Positions 1-11,600 of a DNA stretch of 38,909 bases are shown here, one piece after another. Origin of the DNA: Mesotaenium endlicherianum. Taxonomy: Eukaryota. The stretch is from contig WELA01000485.1 in assembly GCA_009602735.1 (NCBI GenBank), forward strand, positions 154,787-193,695, given 5' to 3'. Below the pieces are notes generated by a model, which was not told where the DNA came from, searched no databases, and saw nothing but the letters and a program-made list of their open reading frames with translations. Within the stretch, counting starts at the first letter, position 1. Every line of letters starts with the position of its first letter. Made by a program: the position numbers and the translations under genes.

Positions 1-153
1 GTAGCAGGCAGGGGATTTGGGCTTGCTCGGCAGCTCTCACTCCTTCATGGTGCTCTTGAGGAAGGGCAGGGGGAGGGGGCAGGGGGAGGGGGCAGGGGCA
101 GGGGCATTAGCAGGGAGAGAGGGCTTAGGTTTCAGGCTCGGCGGCGCTCTCAC

Positions 154-3100
154 TCCTTCACGGTGCTCTTGAGGAAGGGCAGCAGCTTGACGAGGTTCTT
201 GAGCGTGGTGAGGCCGGCGATGAAGGTGACAGGCACGTAGAAGAGCAGGATGAGCGCGCCAAAGAGCACGCTGAAGATGGTGGTGCGCGCCACGCGCTCC
301 GACAGCGAGAGCTCCACGTTGGGCCACACCACGTCGCCCGGCTGCGGCGCCATCTGGAGCCGCCAGGAGCCGCCTGCGTGCGTGCACCGCGTCACGATGC
401 GCCAGGTGGTGGGCATGTGGCACGTGTGCCGTGTGGCATAGGGGGACACAAGGGGACAGGGGTCACGTGGGCCAGCCAGGCGTGCCAGCGAGGTGGGCAA
501 ATTGTGCTGCGTTAGCGTTAGCGTGTGTGTGTGCGTGCGTGTTGAGGGGGGGGAACTCGGAAGAGAGGGGCTGGGCTGTATGCTGCGACTGTCGTAATTG
601 AGAGGGTAGAAGGTAGGACAGGGGGTATGTGAAGATTACTTCATGCCAGAGTCACTCTCGAGATGCAAGGAAGGCGAGCAGTACATCCAAAGATCAAGAT
701 CAGTCGGCAGTGGTGGAAGGGCAAGTCACGGGTAATAAGACCTCTCATTTTCCAGCTGGCAGCAAGGGCTGCCTCGGCACTCACCCTTGGCTGAGTGCAG
801 CGCCTGGCTGGCGACTGCAGCAACCCTCCTGCTGTTGAACGTCACGAACGCCGCACTTGTGACCCTGCGCACCGCCAAAGAAGGGCCTCGAGATTAGGCG
901 CGCAGTCAAATTAGGACTGGCCAGGTGGCCCCGCGCCCCACGGCGCATGCACCCACGCCTGCGCTTGCGCCCGCAATCATTTGTTCCGGTGTGCGCGCAT
1001 GTGTACGACCCCTGGCCTGTGTGTGGACCCTGACTCGTTTCTCTCTGATACTCTTCGTGTGAAATTGCAGAATGTGCTTTTCCCTACAGGGGAACTCTGC
1101 ACCAAATAATGTCCAGCGGATTCAAGATGAATGATTGGACACATGATCTGTGTGAGCTCAGGGTGTCGCCCAAGTACCGCAAACCCCCTGTGTATCTGTA
1201 TATGTATGTATCTCACTCCCCCTCTCTCTGTGTGTTTCTGTGTGCGTGTGTGTGCGCACACTGACATGCACACGTTGTGTTGTACCCTGGGAGCGGAGGG
1301 GGGGGGGTGCGAGCGAGCCAGAAAGGGAAGGTTTGAAGGAGCGTGCAGACCACCTGCGGCCATTCTTGGCGCCACCGTAATTCACATACAAACCAAACTG
1401 ACACATGTAAGCCTGGATGCAGCAGTAGCAACGCACAGAGCGCACGCGAGAAGGGAAAGCTGAAGAGTTGGAGTTGGCTCCCAAGGGAAGGGAGGCACCT
1501 GCAGTCAACGGACATCTTCTGCTCCTCTTTCAGCTTCACACTCCTGGCCAGCACCTGCTCCTCCCAGTGGGGGATGACGTCCACCTGGCGGCCCCAGCAG
1601 CCACAGAGCCCCAGCCGCATGCGCTCCGTCGCCGCCGACTCGGGCAGCGGGTCCTCCCGCAGTGCGTTCTGCTCGCGCCACGCGGCGAGGCGGAAGCGCG
1701 CGCGGTCCAGCTGCGTCGCCGCGTGCTTCCAGCGCACGTACGCCTTCTGGACCTGCGGCCGTGCGCGTGTACGCAGGAGGCGCTTGCACGGAGGCGTGCA
1801 CGGAGGCGCGTGCTTTCTGTCAGTGGCGACATCTGTCAGTGGCAAACAAAGTGAGTGTTCTGGGAGGACCTTATGGGCCTCCACACGCTCACGCTCGCAG
1901 TGGGGAAGGCGGTCCCAAATTCCTCCACGTGAAGTATGAGCCTTTTGTCGGGTGCTTCGCAGCTTAGAGCCCCCGACAGACACACAATCAGTGATGTTTG
2001 TTCTCTCCGCTTGCCCCCCCTATCCCTCTCCGTTTCCCCGTCTTCACCCATGCACCTCGCACCTTGGCTCTCCTTAATCAGTCTTCGCCTGACACTGAAA
2101 TACAGTCACCTTCATGCACGTGCACACGCGCTCGTGCACATTCACACGCGCACAGGCGCACACGCTGCCAGACACCTGGCTCCAGGTGCGCACAAAGGTG
2201 CAGGCACAGGCGCAGGCCCAGGCTCAGGGACGAGGCAAACACAGAAGGCAGAAGGGCTGGCACAGGGACAAGAAGGGACAAGCACGTGCACAGGCCCAGG
2301 CTCGGGGATATGCAAAGGCACAGGCACAGGCACAGGCGTCAAGACAGGCACAGGAGCAGACGCAGGTGCAGGGGCACAGGCGCGGGCACCGGATTAGGCA
2401 GAAACGTAAGTCTGGGACACGCGCGCATGGGCACGGCGTGGGAGCCAGGGCTGTAGGCCTGGCCTAGGCGTGGGCTTGGCTTAGGCTTGGATAGCAGGCC
2501 GGGGGCACAGGCAGGGTGCAGGCAGGGGGCTGGCAGGGGGCACCAAACCAATGGATCGATGGGCAAAGAAGAAGCAAGCAGGAGGGCAGGCTGTGAAGCG
2601 GGGAAGGAGGCGGGGACGAGGAGAGTGAGCTGAGTGGCGGGCGGGCGGGCGCTTTTGTCACCTTGCGGAATCGGCGCACGCTCTGGTGCGTGAGATACAG
2701 GTGCGGGTAGAGGCGCGAGAAGTACTTGTCCACCAGGCGCGCCTGCGCCCGCGCGATCCCCGTGGGCTCCACCTTGTAGGGTGCCTGCGCGCTCCCAAGG
2801 CAAGAGCTGAGAAATGCGCGCGCGCACGCTCAGGTCCCTCGGTGCGCAATGCGCCTCTGGCCTCCACCGCGCGGGGTGCCCGCACACGCGAGGAGGCAAA
2901 GAGTTTGAGAAAACGAACAGGCTCCCCATGCTCTCGCCACGCTACCAAGCTCCTCACCAGTTGAGTGACTGAGCGTATATGCTCGGCTTCCCCCGCGCTT
3001 TCCCTATGCCCCCTGGACTCCCCTTGTACGGTGCCTACCCTCAAGGCGAGAGTTGACAGAGCATAACAACCCTGTGCTCTCCACCTTGTAGGATGCCAGC

Positions 3101-5779
3101 GCTCGAGGCAAGAGTTTAGTAAGCGCACACGCTCAGCTTCTCCGAGCACGCTAGCGCTGCCTGAGGGCTGCCCCTTGTAGGGTGCCTGCAATCTCAACCT
3201 AAGAGTTGGGTACGTGCTTTGACAGTTGAATTTTTACCCAGCAAGACGGCGGTGTTAATTCCCCGCAAGCAGGCGTTGAAAAGTGGGCTGGCCGGCACTC
3301 ACCTGCACGAGGCCCATGGACGCCACGCGCAGCAGCTTGAAGAAGCCCCGCAGAGTCTTCTTCTCCACGCTCACGCCCTTGCTGTACGACCCACCTCCTC
3401 CCCCCCNGCTCTCTTCCAGCGTAGCTAAGCTCTTTCAGCTCACGCTTTGGTCCAGCACACCTCCAGCCCCTGCTTGGCTCTGCTCTGCTCAGCTCAGCTT
3501 GGCTCAGCTCCAGCTCAGATCTTAAGCTCCGCACCGCTAGGTTCGGAAACCGCAGGCTAGGTTTGGACAGACCTAGATATTCAGGTGCAGGCACAAGTAT
3601 TGCTCTGAGGGCGAATGCTGATGAGAGAAGCCGACAGAGAGAGATGCGGACTAAGACAGGTAGACAGACATGACAGGCGGCAGACATAGACTGAGAGACA
3701 GGCGGAGAGAGACGGATAGACCATGGGGCAGGCAAGGTGCCAGACGGACAGAAAGGCACGAGTCGCACACAGCCCAAAGAAACAGCAACTCCTAGCAGAA
3801 CAATACTCCCTGAACCAGCGGCTACTCACGCAAAGCAGCAGAGCGCCATGGTGCAGGCAGTCAGAGGGAAGGAGGGTAGAGGGGGGCTGGCAGGGGCAGT
3901 TGGGGGGGCGGGGAAGGGGGGCGCAGTTCAAGGTCTTGTGAAGAAGAAAAGAGGAAAGAGGGAGGAGGGAGGAGGGAGGGTGGATTAAGGAGGATAGAAG
4001 GGAGGGAGAACGGGGGGAGAGGGAGGGGCAGGGAAGGGCGTGGCGCTCACCTGCCTCGTTTGTCAAAGAAGCTGATGACGGACTTGGTCTTGCCCAGCTG
4101 CGCCAGGTCGGGCTTGGGGATGTCGGTGACAAGCAGCGTGTACTCCTCGGGGGAGCGCGCGCGCGCGCGCTGCGCCAGGAAGGCGTGCCTGAGGCGCCAC
4201 ACGTGTGCGTAGGTCCGCCAGAGGCAGGCGATGGTGATGCCACTGATGACGTAGAGGCACGCAAAGTGTGCCCACAGGCGCTGCGCGCCGTGGCCCACGT
4301 TGCTGGCGGAGAGGTTGTCCAGCGCGCCGGTGGAGGCCGGCAGCTGGTTGATGTTGCCGCCCGTCGCGTTCACAGGGAGCAGGACCGGAAGGCAGACAAG
4401 GGCGATGAGGACAAAGAGCTGCACAGTCGAACGGGCGGGCGGGCGGCGGGCGGGCGGGCCAGAGAGGAGAGGAGAGGAGCAGCAAACGACGGGCACGAAG
4501 GCGTTAGTGTGTTCGGGCGGGACTTAGCAGAAGTGACGTGGATAGTGATTGAGTTTGTGCACAGGCGGCTGCGGGTACCTAGGGCAACAGTGAGGTTGTG
4601 GGTTGTGGTAGCAGGTCCCTGGTGGGGAGCCAATCTGAACTAGATGTTGTGGAGCACCGGCATGCGAAGCTTTTACATGTGCAGCACTCCGGCTGTCAGG
4701 CACATCAGACTGCAAGCGTTTGACTTCTCAAACAACAGTTGGTGGGCAGGCTGCTTGCTACCATAGAACAGCTCTTCATCACTGGTGGAGGGAGTTTTTG
4801 AAGCTTCTGCAATCTTCAGCTAAATTTTACCGTCTGACTATGAGCTCTTCCTTCAAACTGGATGATGGTGCTTCCTCTCCCACATCACAATTATGCCCCA
4901 GGGCGTGGTTGAAGCACACTTCATGCAACTGCTCCATCTTGTCTGCAGCTAATGCAGGCCCCCAGATCCCTGCTACCTGTCCTTCAAAGTAATTTCATTG
5001 GATCCTTTACCGGCTTCAAAAAATTACTTACCCCACACTGAGAGACATGTCAAACGGCAAGCTGCAATGAGTGTTCATACATCCCCGGTTCCAGTATTTA
5101 CGGTACCTGTCATCTGGGGCTACTTCCACCAACCTAGACTGAACAGAGCAAGGGATGAAGAAGACGAACTGCGTGCCCCCAAAGGTTCTACCTCGGATGA
5201 ACCTCAGAGATGTGCCACTCTCGTCTACAAGGCAAAAAGCTCAAAGTCCGCATACGTAGCCCAGTCACCTCTCTTTGTTTCCCTAGCGACGCAAAGAACC
5301 CAAACATTCCCTGACAAGTTCTTCACTCTCTCTAACGTCGTCATTTTGTATGGCTTGGCGAAACTCCTCCCCAAGCCTCACAACCTGCCGAACTTCTGCA
5401 ATGGAAGAAGACCTCACACCCTTGAAGCTCATGGCAGACTCCAGGGGAGTCAGAGAGCCAGAGGGAGGTCTGCAGGCACCTGGAGAAGCAATACCTGGAT
5501 GCTGAAAGTGAACATGCGGATGTAGATGGCTGCATCCAGCCCGCAGCTCTCTATGATGTTCTGCTCGGTTGCCGCCCAGACGGGCTTCAGCCATCCGAAG
5601 GCGCTGTCCATGGGCTTCTTGGGCGCGCCTTCATCTTCGACATACATCCGCGATGCATGGAGGTACTTGAAGAACTCCGTGCGGTGGAGGAGGGAGAAGA
5701 GCACGATGAGGATGACGGCAAAGCTTCCCGCGAAGATGAAGAGGGAGAGGAAGTTCGAGGAATGCGATGCATCCACCAT
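154..5779 (-). CDS. OSCA: OSCA/ERD4/CSC1/TMEM63-family mechanosensitive Ca2+-permeable channel, 5' portion; the gene continues beyond the left edge
   Basis: Exons rebuilt with canonical GT-AG sites: 5495-5779 (MVDASHSSNFLSLFIFAGSFAVILIVLFSLL...AFGWLKPVWAATEQNIIESCGLDAAIYIRMF), 4051-4418 (LFVLIALVCLPVLLPVNATG...LDNLSASNV...RLWAHF...PEEYTLLVTDIP), about 3303-3400 (start hidden by the N at 3407), 2662-2784 (VDKYFSRLYP), 1499-1752 (GLCGCWGRQVDVIPHW), 785-864 (AAFVTFNSRRVAAVASQ), 154-373 (WRLQMAPQPGDVVWPNV...LFYVPVTFI...LPFLK). Intron phases match wherever both ends are visible. GLDAA, LLPVN, AAFVTF and APxPxDVxWxN are OSCA/TMEM63 hallmarks. Subclade not determined. Confidence 0.92.
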
Positions 5780-7913
5780 GACTGCTGGTTTGGATCTGCT
5801 GGAAGGAATAAAGTGAAATGATAGTGAACAGTCCCCTAAAATTTCCCTCGAAGCTTCGTTCTGTAGTGATCTTCCCTATATGATCTGGAGAGGGAGATAC
5901 TGAGCGGGAGCAGAGACTGGACGGAGGGAAAAAGTTATGTTGTTCTACACGAGGGTCATCTGAGTCTCTTAGTCCCCTTCACGAGAGTCGTGTCCAAAAT
6001 GCGATTTGTTTCTCTACTGCAGCTTGAGTACACTTTCAAACTGCAAGCAAAGGCCCTGATAGAGGTAGTCGAGAAAAATATCCCTGTTTACGGCCTCCGT
6101 CGACGAGCTGTATGCCAGTTGATAAATGCCGTCTCGAGCTTATAGCTGATCTCACTTGTGGTTTCTAATAACTCCCCTGGTCTCAAACACCTGTTTGTAG
6201 GAACCGCCCATTCCCTTGCTTGGAAGTATCTCCCACGAGTCTGTTAGTCACTGTGAAGCTTCTGCTTACACCTGCTTGATTCACTCAAATCTAGATGTTT
6301 CCCACTTCATGTACGGCTGCTTCTTGTGCGATTGTAAGGAGGGACAATGCAGTCCCTCTCAAGACAGCAGGCTGTGTCTTTGAATCCACAATTGCCAGGA
6401 GGAAAAGAATCATACTGAGTATGTCTGGTAGGAAAAGAACAATCCCTGCTCTTTTGGCACATCATGCTGCTCTGCTGTCCTGAGAATCCACCTGTCCCTG
6501 AAGCAGTTACAGAGCGTGAAGCTACCAGGTAGTGGACTTGCAGGTCTAATTAAACTGATGTCCCCTTAGACCTGCATATGCAACAGATGCCTTATCAGGA
6601 AGCCACATTGTTGTGAAGTTCACTAGGTACACTGTAATATGGCAGAGGGAGTAATAGATCACAACTCCTTCATTATATAGCCTACCTTTTAGGCGTGAGC
6701 AGCATATTTTCATATCGTAGTACCAAGTTAGATGTAGGGCATTTCCAGCTTGAAACATGTGTCTCCAAGCATGCTTCCACTTCGTGCATCTTCTTTTTCA
6801 GCCAATGCTTCGGTCAGTGTATGGTAGAGTTTCTGGAAGAGATTAAGGAGGGATTGAATTCCGCACACGAAAGGTCTCTCTAACAGAACCCACAAAGAGG
6901 AGCGATGAATAAATTACCATAGACAGTTTATTTGCACATGCCTAGCCCCTAACCTCATCCGGTTCAGTTGCTTACATAAGCTTGAAGTAGTGCCTGAAGC
7001 CGTTTTCCTGAGACATTGATATTAAGAGACAAGGTGACGGGCCTTTTTCTTCTTTCAAATTCTGCTTGTGTCCTGAATTGGAGAGGTTTTTTCAACTGAG
7101 ATATCAAAATGTGCGTCCACAATCAGGAATAGAGGCACTGGGTAAGAAGACAGGAAATGAAAACGCGTCAATTATTATACCTTCGAAAGCATACGGCACC
7201 TTGATCATGTTAGCACGCTGATTCACTAACGTCGTCTCAATGATAGATCAACAAGTTTTTCTCCAAGTGTCGGCCTACACAGAAAAGAGAGAAGGATGTA
7301 CTTTTCATTATGGCAGTCAAACGTCCAAAGGGATGTGAGTCTTGCTAGTCATGACATTCCACTATTTCATTGCACTACATCGCTAGCCTGTGAATCATTC
7401 TCCGTGACCCTCAGCTTCAAGTCGAGGTTGTCTAGAATTTCAACTTTCAATTTGTACTTGTTGGAGGGTGTTGGAGAAAGGACTTCTGATGAACTCCGGT
7501 CCAGCTCCGACCAATGGACTCCGACCAATTCCTGTAATGGTACGTCTCGAGAGGCCGACAGCTTCAGCGCTCACATTGCGACACCTGGGTGTGCTTTGGC
7601 GCTCGGGCGTGCTCAGGGCAGCTTAGGATGACTCAGGTCGAATCAGGGCATGCTTGGGCTCACTTGGACTGGCTTAGGTTGGCTTGGGCTGGCTTGGGCG
7701 CCTGTCGGTGATGTTTGGTGGCGGTCGCGAACAAAGAGTGTTCTGTACATTTGGGTCCAGCTCTGGTCCAGCTGGGTCCAGCAGTGCCTTTGGATTTATC
7801 CATCGAGGTCAACCCCTTGGACTATGTACTATCGGCAACTCTCGGGCAATTTAGCACAGTTTAGCAGAAAGTAGTGCAATTTGGGGCCAAAGGGGGCAGT
7901 ACCTGACAGGTTA

Positions 7914-8232
7914 CTTTGCGTGCCCCTTAATAAAGTGAATCTTGCGTGCCGCCCCGGGAGAGCATTTTGCGTAACCCGCTTGAAGAATTGATTTTGCGTG
8001 CCCCTGGCAGGGGAGTTTCGCGCCCCCCAATAAGCAGCATTTTGCGTGCCCCCAGAAGCGGAGATTTTTGCGTGCCCCTATAAGAGGTGGGTTTGCGGGC
8101 CCCGTACAGGAAAACGTTGCGTGCCCCATACATGGAATATTTGCGTGCCCCCCAAAGATAGCATTTTGCGCCCCCCCCCCAAAAAAAGTTGCTTTTGCGT
8201 GCCCTCCTAAGAGGTGATTTTGTGTGCCCCTT
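7914..8232. repeat. Array of about 13 copies of TTTTGCGTGCCCC separated by variable spacers (period about 23-30 nt)
   Basis: Copies begin near 7914, 7941, 7965, 7992, 8016, 8040, 8065, 8092, 8117, 8140, 8164, 8194 and 8218, all in the same orientation. The array lies in the divergent OSCA-RsgA intergenic region. Confidence 0.85.
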
Positions 8233-8660
8233 CAGGCGAGGGCCCCCTCTCCAAGAGCATTGTGATGAATTGCACACCTGCTATTTCTATCGTGGTCGCC
8301 TGCAGGTTGCCTGACATCTACAACAGGCTCTGTGTGTAGACAGATCGAGTATTGTGTTTACGGATCCAAAGGGCGAGATGTCGTTGCCCAATAAAACAAA
8401 CCTCATCTTGTAAAACTGCTGCTCCCAACAAGTCTATGCTCCTCTCGTACTGATCAGTGCCTTCGAAGATTTGAGCTCCTGTGGGGTAGGAGATCGGCCA
8501 GTTTCAGCTCGTAACCTGATCTCGGGCGTCAGTCGAGCGTGCTCCTAAGGGGCCAGCGAAAAGCCAATCCCCAGGAACCCACGAGCAAATTTCAAGCGAC
8601 GCTGTATTCATTGATTCGATGGAGTGATTCCATAGCACGGATCTGCTTTTACGAGCAGAA

Positions 8661-11600
8661 ATGGCTCTGATCAAGCCGCACGTGCCGCCACGCTGCGAGG
8701 GTATCCTTCTTACACCCTTGGGGAGGCAATGGGGCACGGCAAGCTGCGCAAATCGCGCCCATCCCTCTTCTGCTGCTGTGCATGATGGGCTGGCTGAGAA
8801 GACAGCACTCTCCTGTGGGTATCGGCTCAAGCATTCACACAAGCACCCCCAGTCTGGCAGCGGTGCTGTGGTGGCAGCACGGGGCAGCCGGAAGTTAACG
8901 TGCTGCTCCTTCCTAGAATCAGCCCCCATGTTTAAAACCTGCGGCACTGCTCAGCACGCACCCCTGCTGGCTCACACAGGCTTGCCACAGAAGCTCAGCA
9001 GCGAAGGCCAGACCAGCCGAAAACTGGGGCTTGGGCCGGGGCCGGGGCTGAGCCTGGGGCTAGGAGCAGAGCTGGGGCTGAGGCTGGGGCTAAGACGAGG
9101 CCCGGGGCCAAAGCTAAGGCTGGGATCAGGGCCAGGACCGGGGCCGGGGCTGGGTTGGGGGCTCGAATCGGGGCTAGGGCTGGCGGTGGGACAGGGGCCG
9201 GGGCTGGAGCCTGGGCTGGGACTGGGGACAGGTGTGGGCCTGAGGGTGGCCCACGGGACGGGCTTTGGAGCGGGCTTGTGCGAAGGACAACAGGGGAAGG
9301 GGCAGGGGAAGGGGCAGGGGAAGGGGCAGGGGCAGGGGACGAGGAAGTTGGGGGTGGTGGAGGCGGGGAGGCGGAACGACAGCGGGGGGTCGAGGACGCA
9401 GAGAAGCAAGGAGAGCCGGCGGGCGCCTTCCCGGCCCGCGCAGAGCCCCAGGCGGCGGGCCTCTGCTCCTCCCGGCCGCGGATCGGGGTCATCGGCGGTC
9501 CGGATGGATCTCAATCTCGAGAGCCAGGCCCTCAGGGAGGACCAGGCCATAGGGCAGGTGGTGGTGGCTCAGGCCAACTTCATGCGCGTGCTAGTCACCA
9601 GGTGTCGCCCAGCGGGGCCCCCAGGGGCAGCGGCCGGGCCCGGGCTCGACAAGGCTGCGCCAGGTGGCAATGGAAGAGAGAATGAGAGGGGTGCTGCAGC
9701 ATGTGAAGGGGAGGCGGAAGCAGAGGAGGAAGTGGGGGAGGGGGAGGAGGAGGAGGAGGGACANNNNNNNNNNNNNNNNNNNNNNNNNNNNNNNNNNNNN
9801 NNNNNNNNNNNNNNNNNNNNNNNNNNNNNNNNNNNNNNNNNNNNNNNNNNNNNNNNNNNNNNNNNNNNNNNNNNNNNNNNNNNNNNNNNNNNNNNGAGGA
9901 GGAGGAGGGACAGGGGGGGCGGGTAGGGGCGGGGGAGGAGCCTGCTGCGGAGGGGGGGACAGGGCATCTTGCGGGTGCAGCGGCAGCAGCAGCAGCAACA
10001 GCAGCAGCAGACGCCCCCCCCTCTCTGGGCACGCCGCAAATAGGCACGGAGCTCCTGTGTGTGGTGAGGGCCCTTTTGAAGAAGATGCGCCGCCGGGTGC
10101 TCGTGGGGGACAGGGTTCTGGTGGGCAGCGTTGACTGGGTTGACCGGCGGGGCATGGTGGAGGACATCCTGCCGCGGGCGAGCGAGATCTCGGACCCCCC
10201 CATCGCGAACGTGGACCAGGTGCTGCTGCTGTTCTCGCTCGCGCGGCCGGCGCCCGAGGTGACCAACATCAGCCGCTTCCTCGTCGCCGCGGAGGCGACA
10301 GGTGTCCCCTTCCGGCTCGTGTTCAACAAGGCCGACCTCGTCAACCCCGAGGTGCGCGCCGCCCCCCGGCCCCCGCCCCCCTTCCCCTCCGAGAAAGAGG
10401 GAGAGGGAGAGTCTCTCTCCGGCAGAGTCGCTCAGGCAGGGCAATTGCTCCCCCCTCCTGCCTCCCCCTTCGCCGCCACTTCCCGTCAGCGAGAGCCCCA
10501 TCCCTCCAGCAACTATGCGCTTGTTGCCTTCGATCTCTCCTCCTCCGGCCAGGGGTTGTTTCAGCTTCCCGGAAGTGCCGGGCAGCTTTAGCCCAAGAGG
10601 GTGGCTGGGGTGCCTGCATGGGGGGCCGCTGGGGAGGCAGCCCAGCGCTTCAAAGCAGCGGCTGCCGAAGTACTGAGGTGTGCGGGGTTTATTGGCCAGA
10701 GAGACGAGAGGCATGTAGGGTTTATGGGCCAGAGACACGGGAAGCATGCGGGGCTCGTGGGTCAGTGCAAAGGGAGCCATGTGGGGTTCAGGGTCTAGGG
10801 TCCAAAATAAGTCCAGGGTGTTTTCAGTGTCAGCTCCCCCCCCCCNACCCTGAACCCCAAATCATGATCTCTGAAACTCTGTGAAGCTGGAAGCCCGAGA
10901 GAAGTACACGCGCACCTTCTTGAACTCGACGTCAGCTCTTCTGCCGCACGATGTAGCCATTCACTTCACCCAGCAGCCCAGGCGAGAGCTCTGTAAAGCC
11001 CCAAGCCCCCAAGGAGCTGCAAACCCTAGAACTCAAGCTCGGGCCTGCTGCAAGGCCCGGTCGGTCTCACAGATGGGCCAGCGGGGCATGCGGGCCCCGC
11101 TGGAAGAGAGGAAGAGCCAGTCCGTTCAGACACATGGCGCTTCGGTTCAGAAGAGAGGGGGGGCCGCTGGGGGTGGCCAGCGCTGGCACTCACACGGCGG
11201 AGCTCCGGCTGTTGACCTCAGGCCGACCTCAGGGAGAAGCTCAAACCTTGAACTCACAACCCGTCGACCAAACCCTGACCCTAAACTATAAAACCCCAAA
11301 ACCCGGGCCTTTTACCCTTCAGCTGCTTCTCCGCGAGCCCCAGAAAACAGAACACAAAACTGAAAGAGGGGTGACTCAGAGGAGCCTCGAGCTTGAAAGC
11401 GAGACCTTAGGATGCAAATCGGGCGGCGGCCCTACCTGCCTCTGTCTCCCCCCCTCCCCCCCTCTCCCCGCCCCCTGCTTCCCCCCAAGCCTAAAAACCC
11501 TAAAGTTTGACAAATTCTGAAGGCGCTTCATATCCCTGCCTAAAGCCCTGTTGGCAAACCCTGAACCCTTCGACCCTTCAAGGGTCAGGGCGCCAGTCCC

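Noticed and set aside
4998..5525. 175-aa plus-strand ORF inside OSCA intron 1
   Set aside because: Non-ATG start, no recognisable motif, and it overlaps OSCA exon 1 in antisense.
7914..8232. CRISPR-like repeat-spacer appearance
   Set aside because: Repeats (~13 nt) and spacers (~10-16 nt) are too short and degenerate, no cas genes are present, and the context is eukaryotic and intron-rich.
9747..9912. Apparent frameshift or stop in RsgA exon 1 (ORF track ends at 9926)
   Set aside because: The 17-mer gaggaggaggagggaca flanks both sides of the N gap. Merging the overlap removes 149 nt and joins the 8661 frame to the 10061 frame, so this is most likely an assembly artefact and not a pseudogene.
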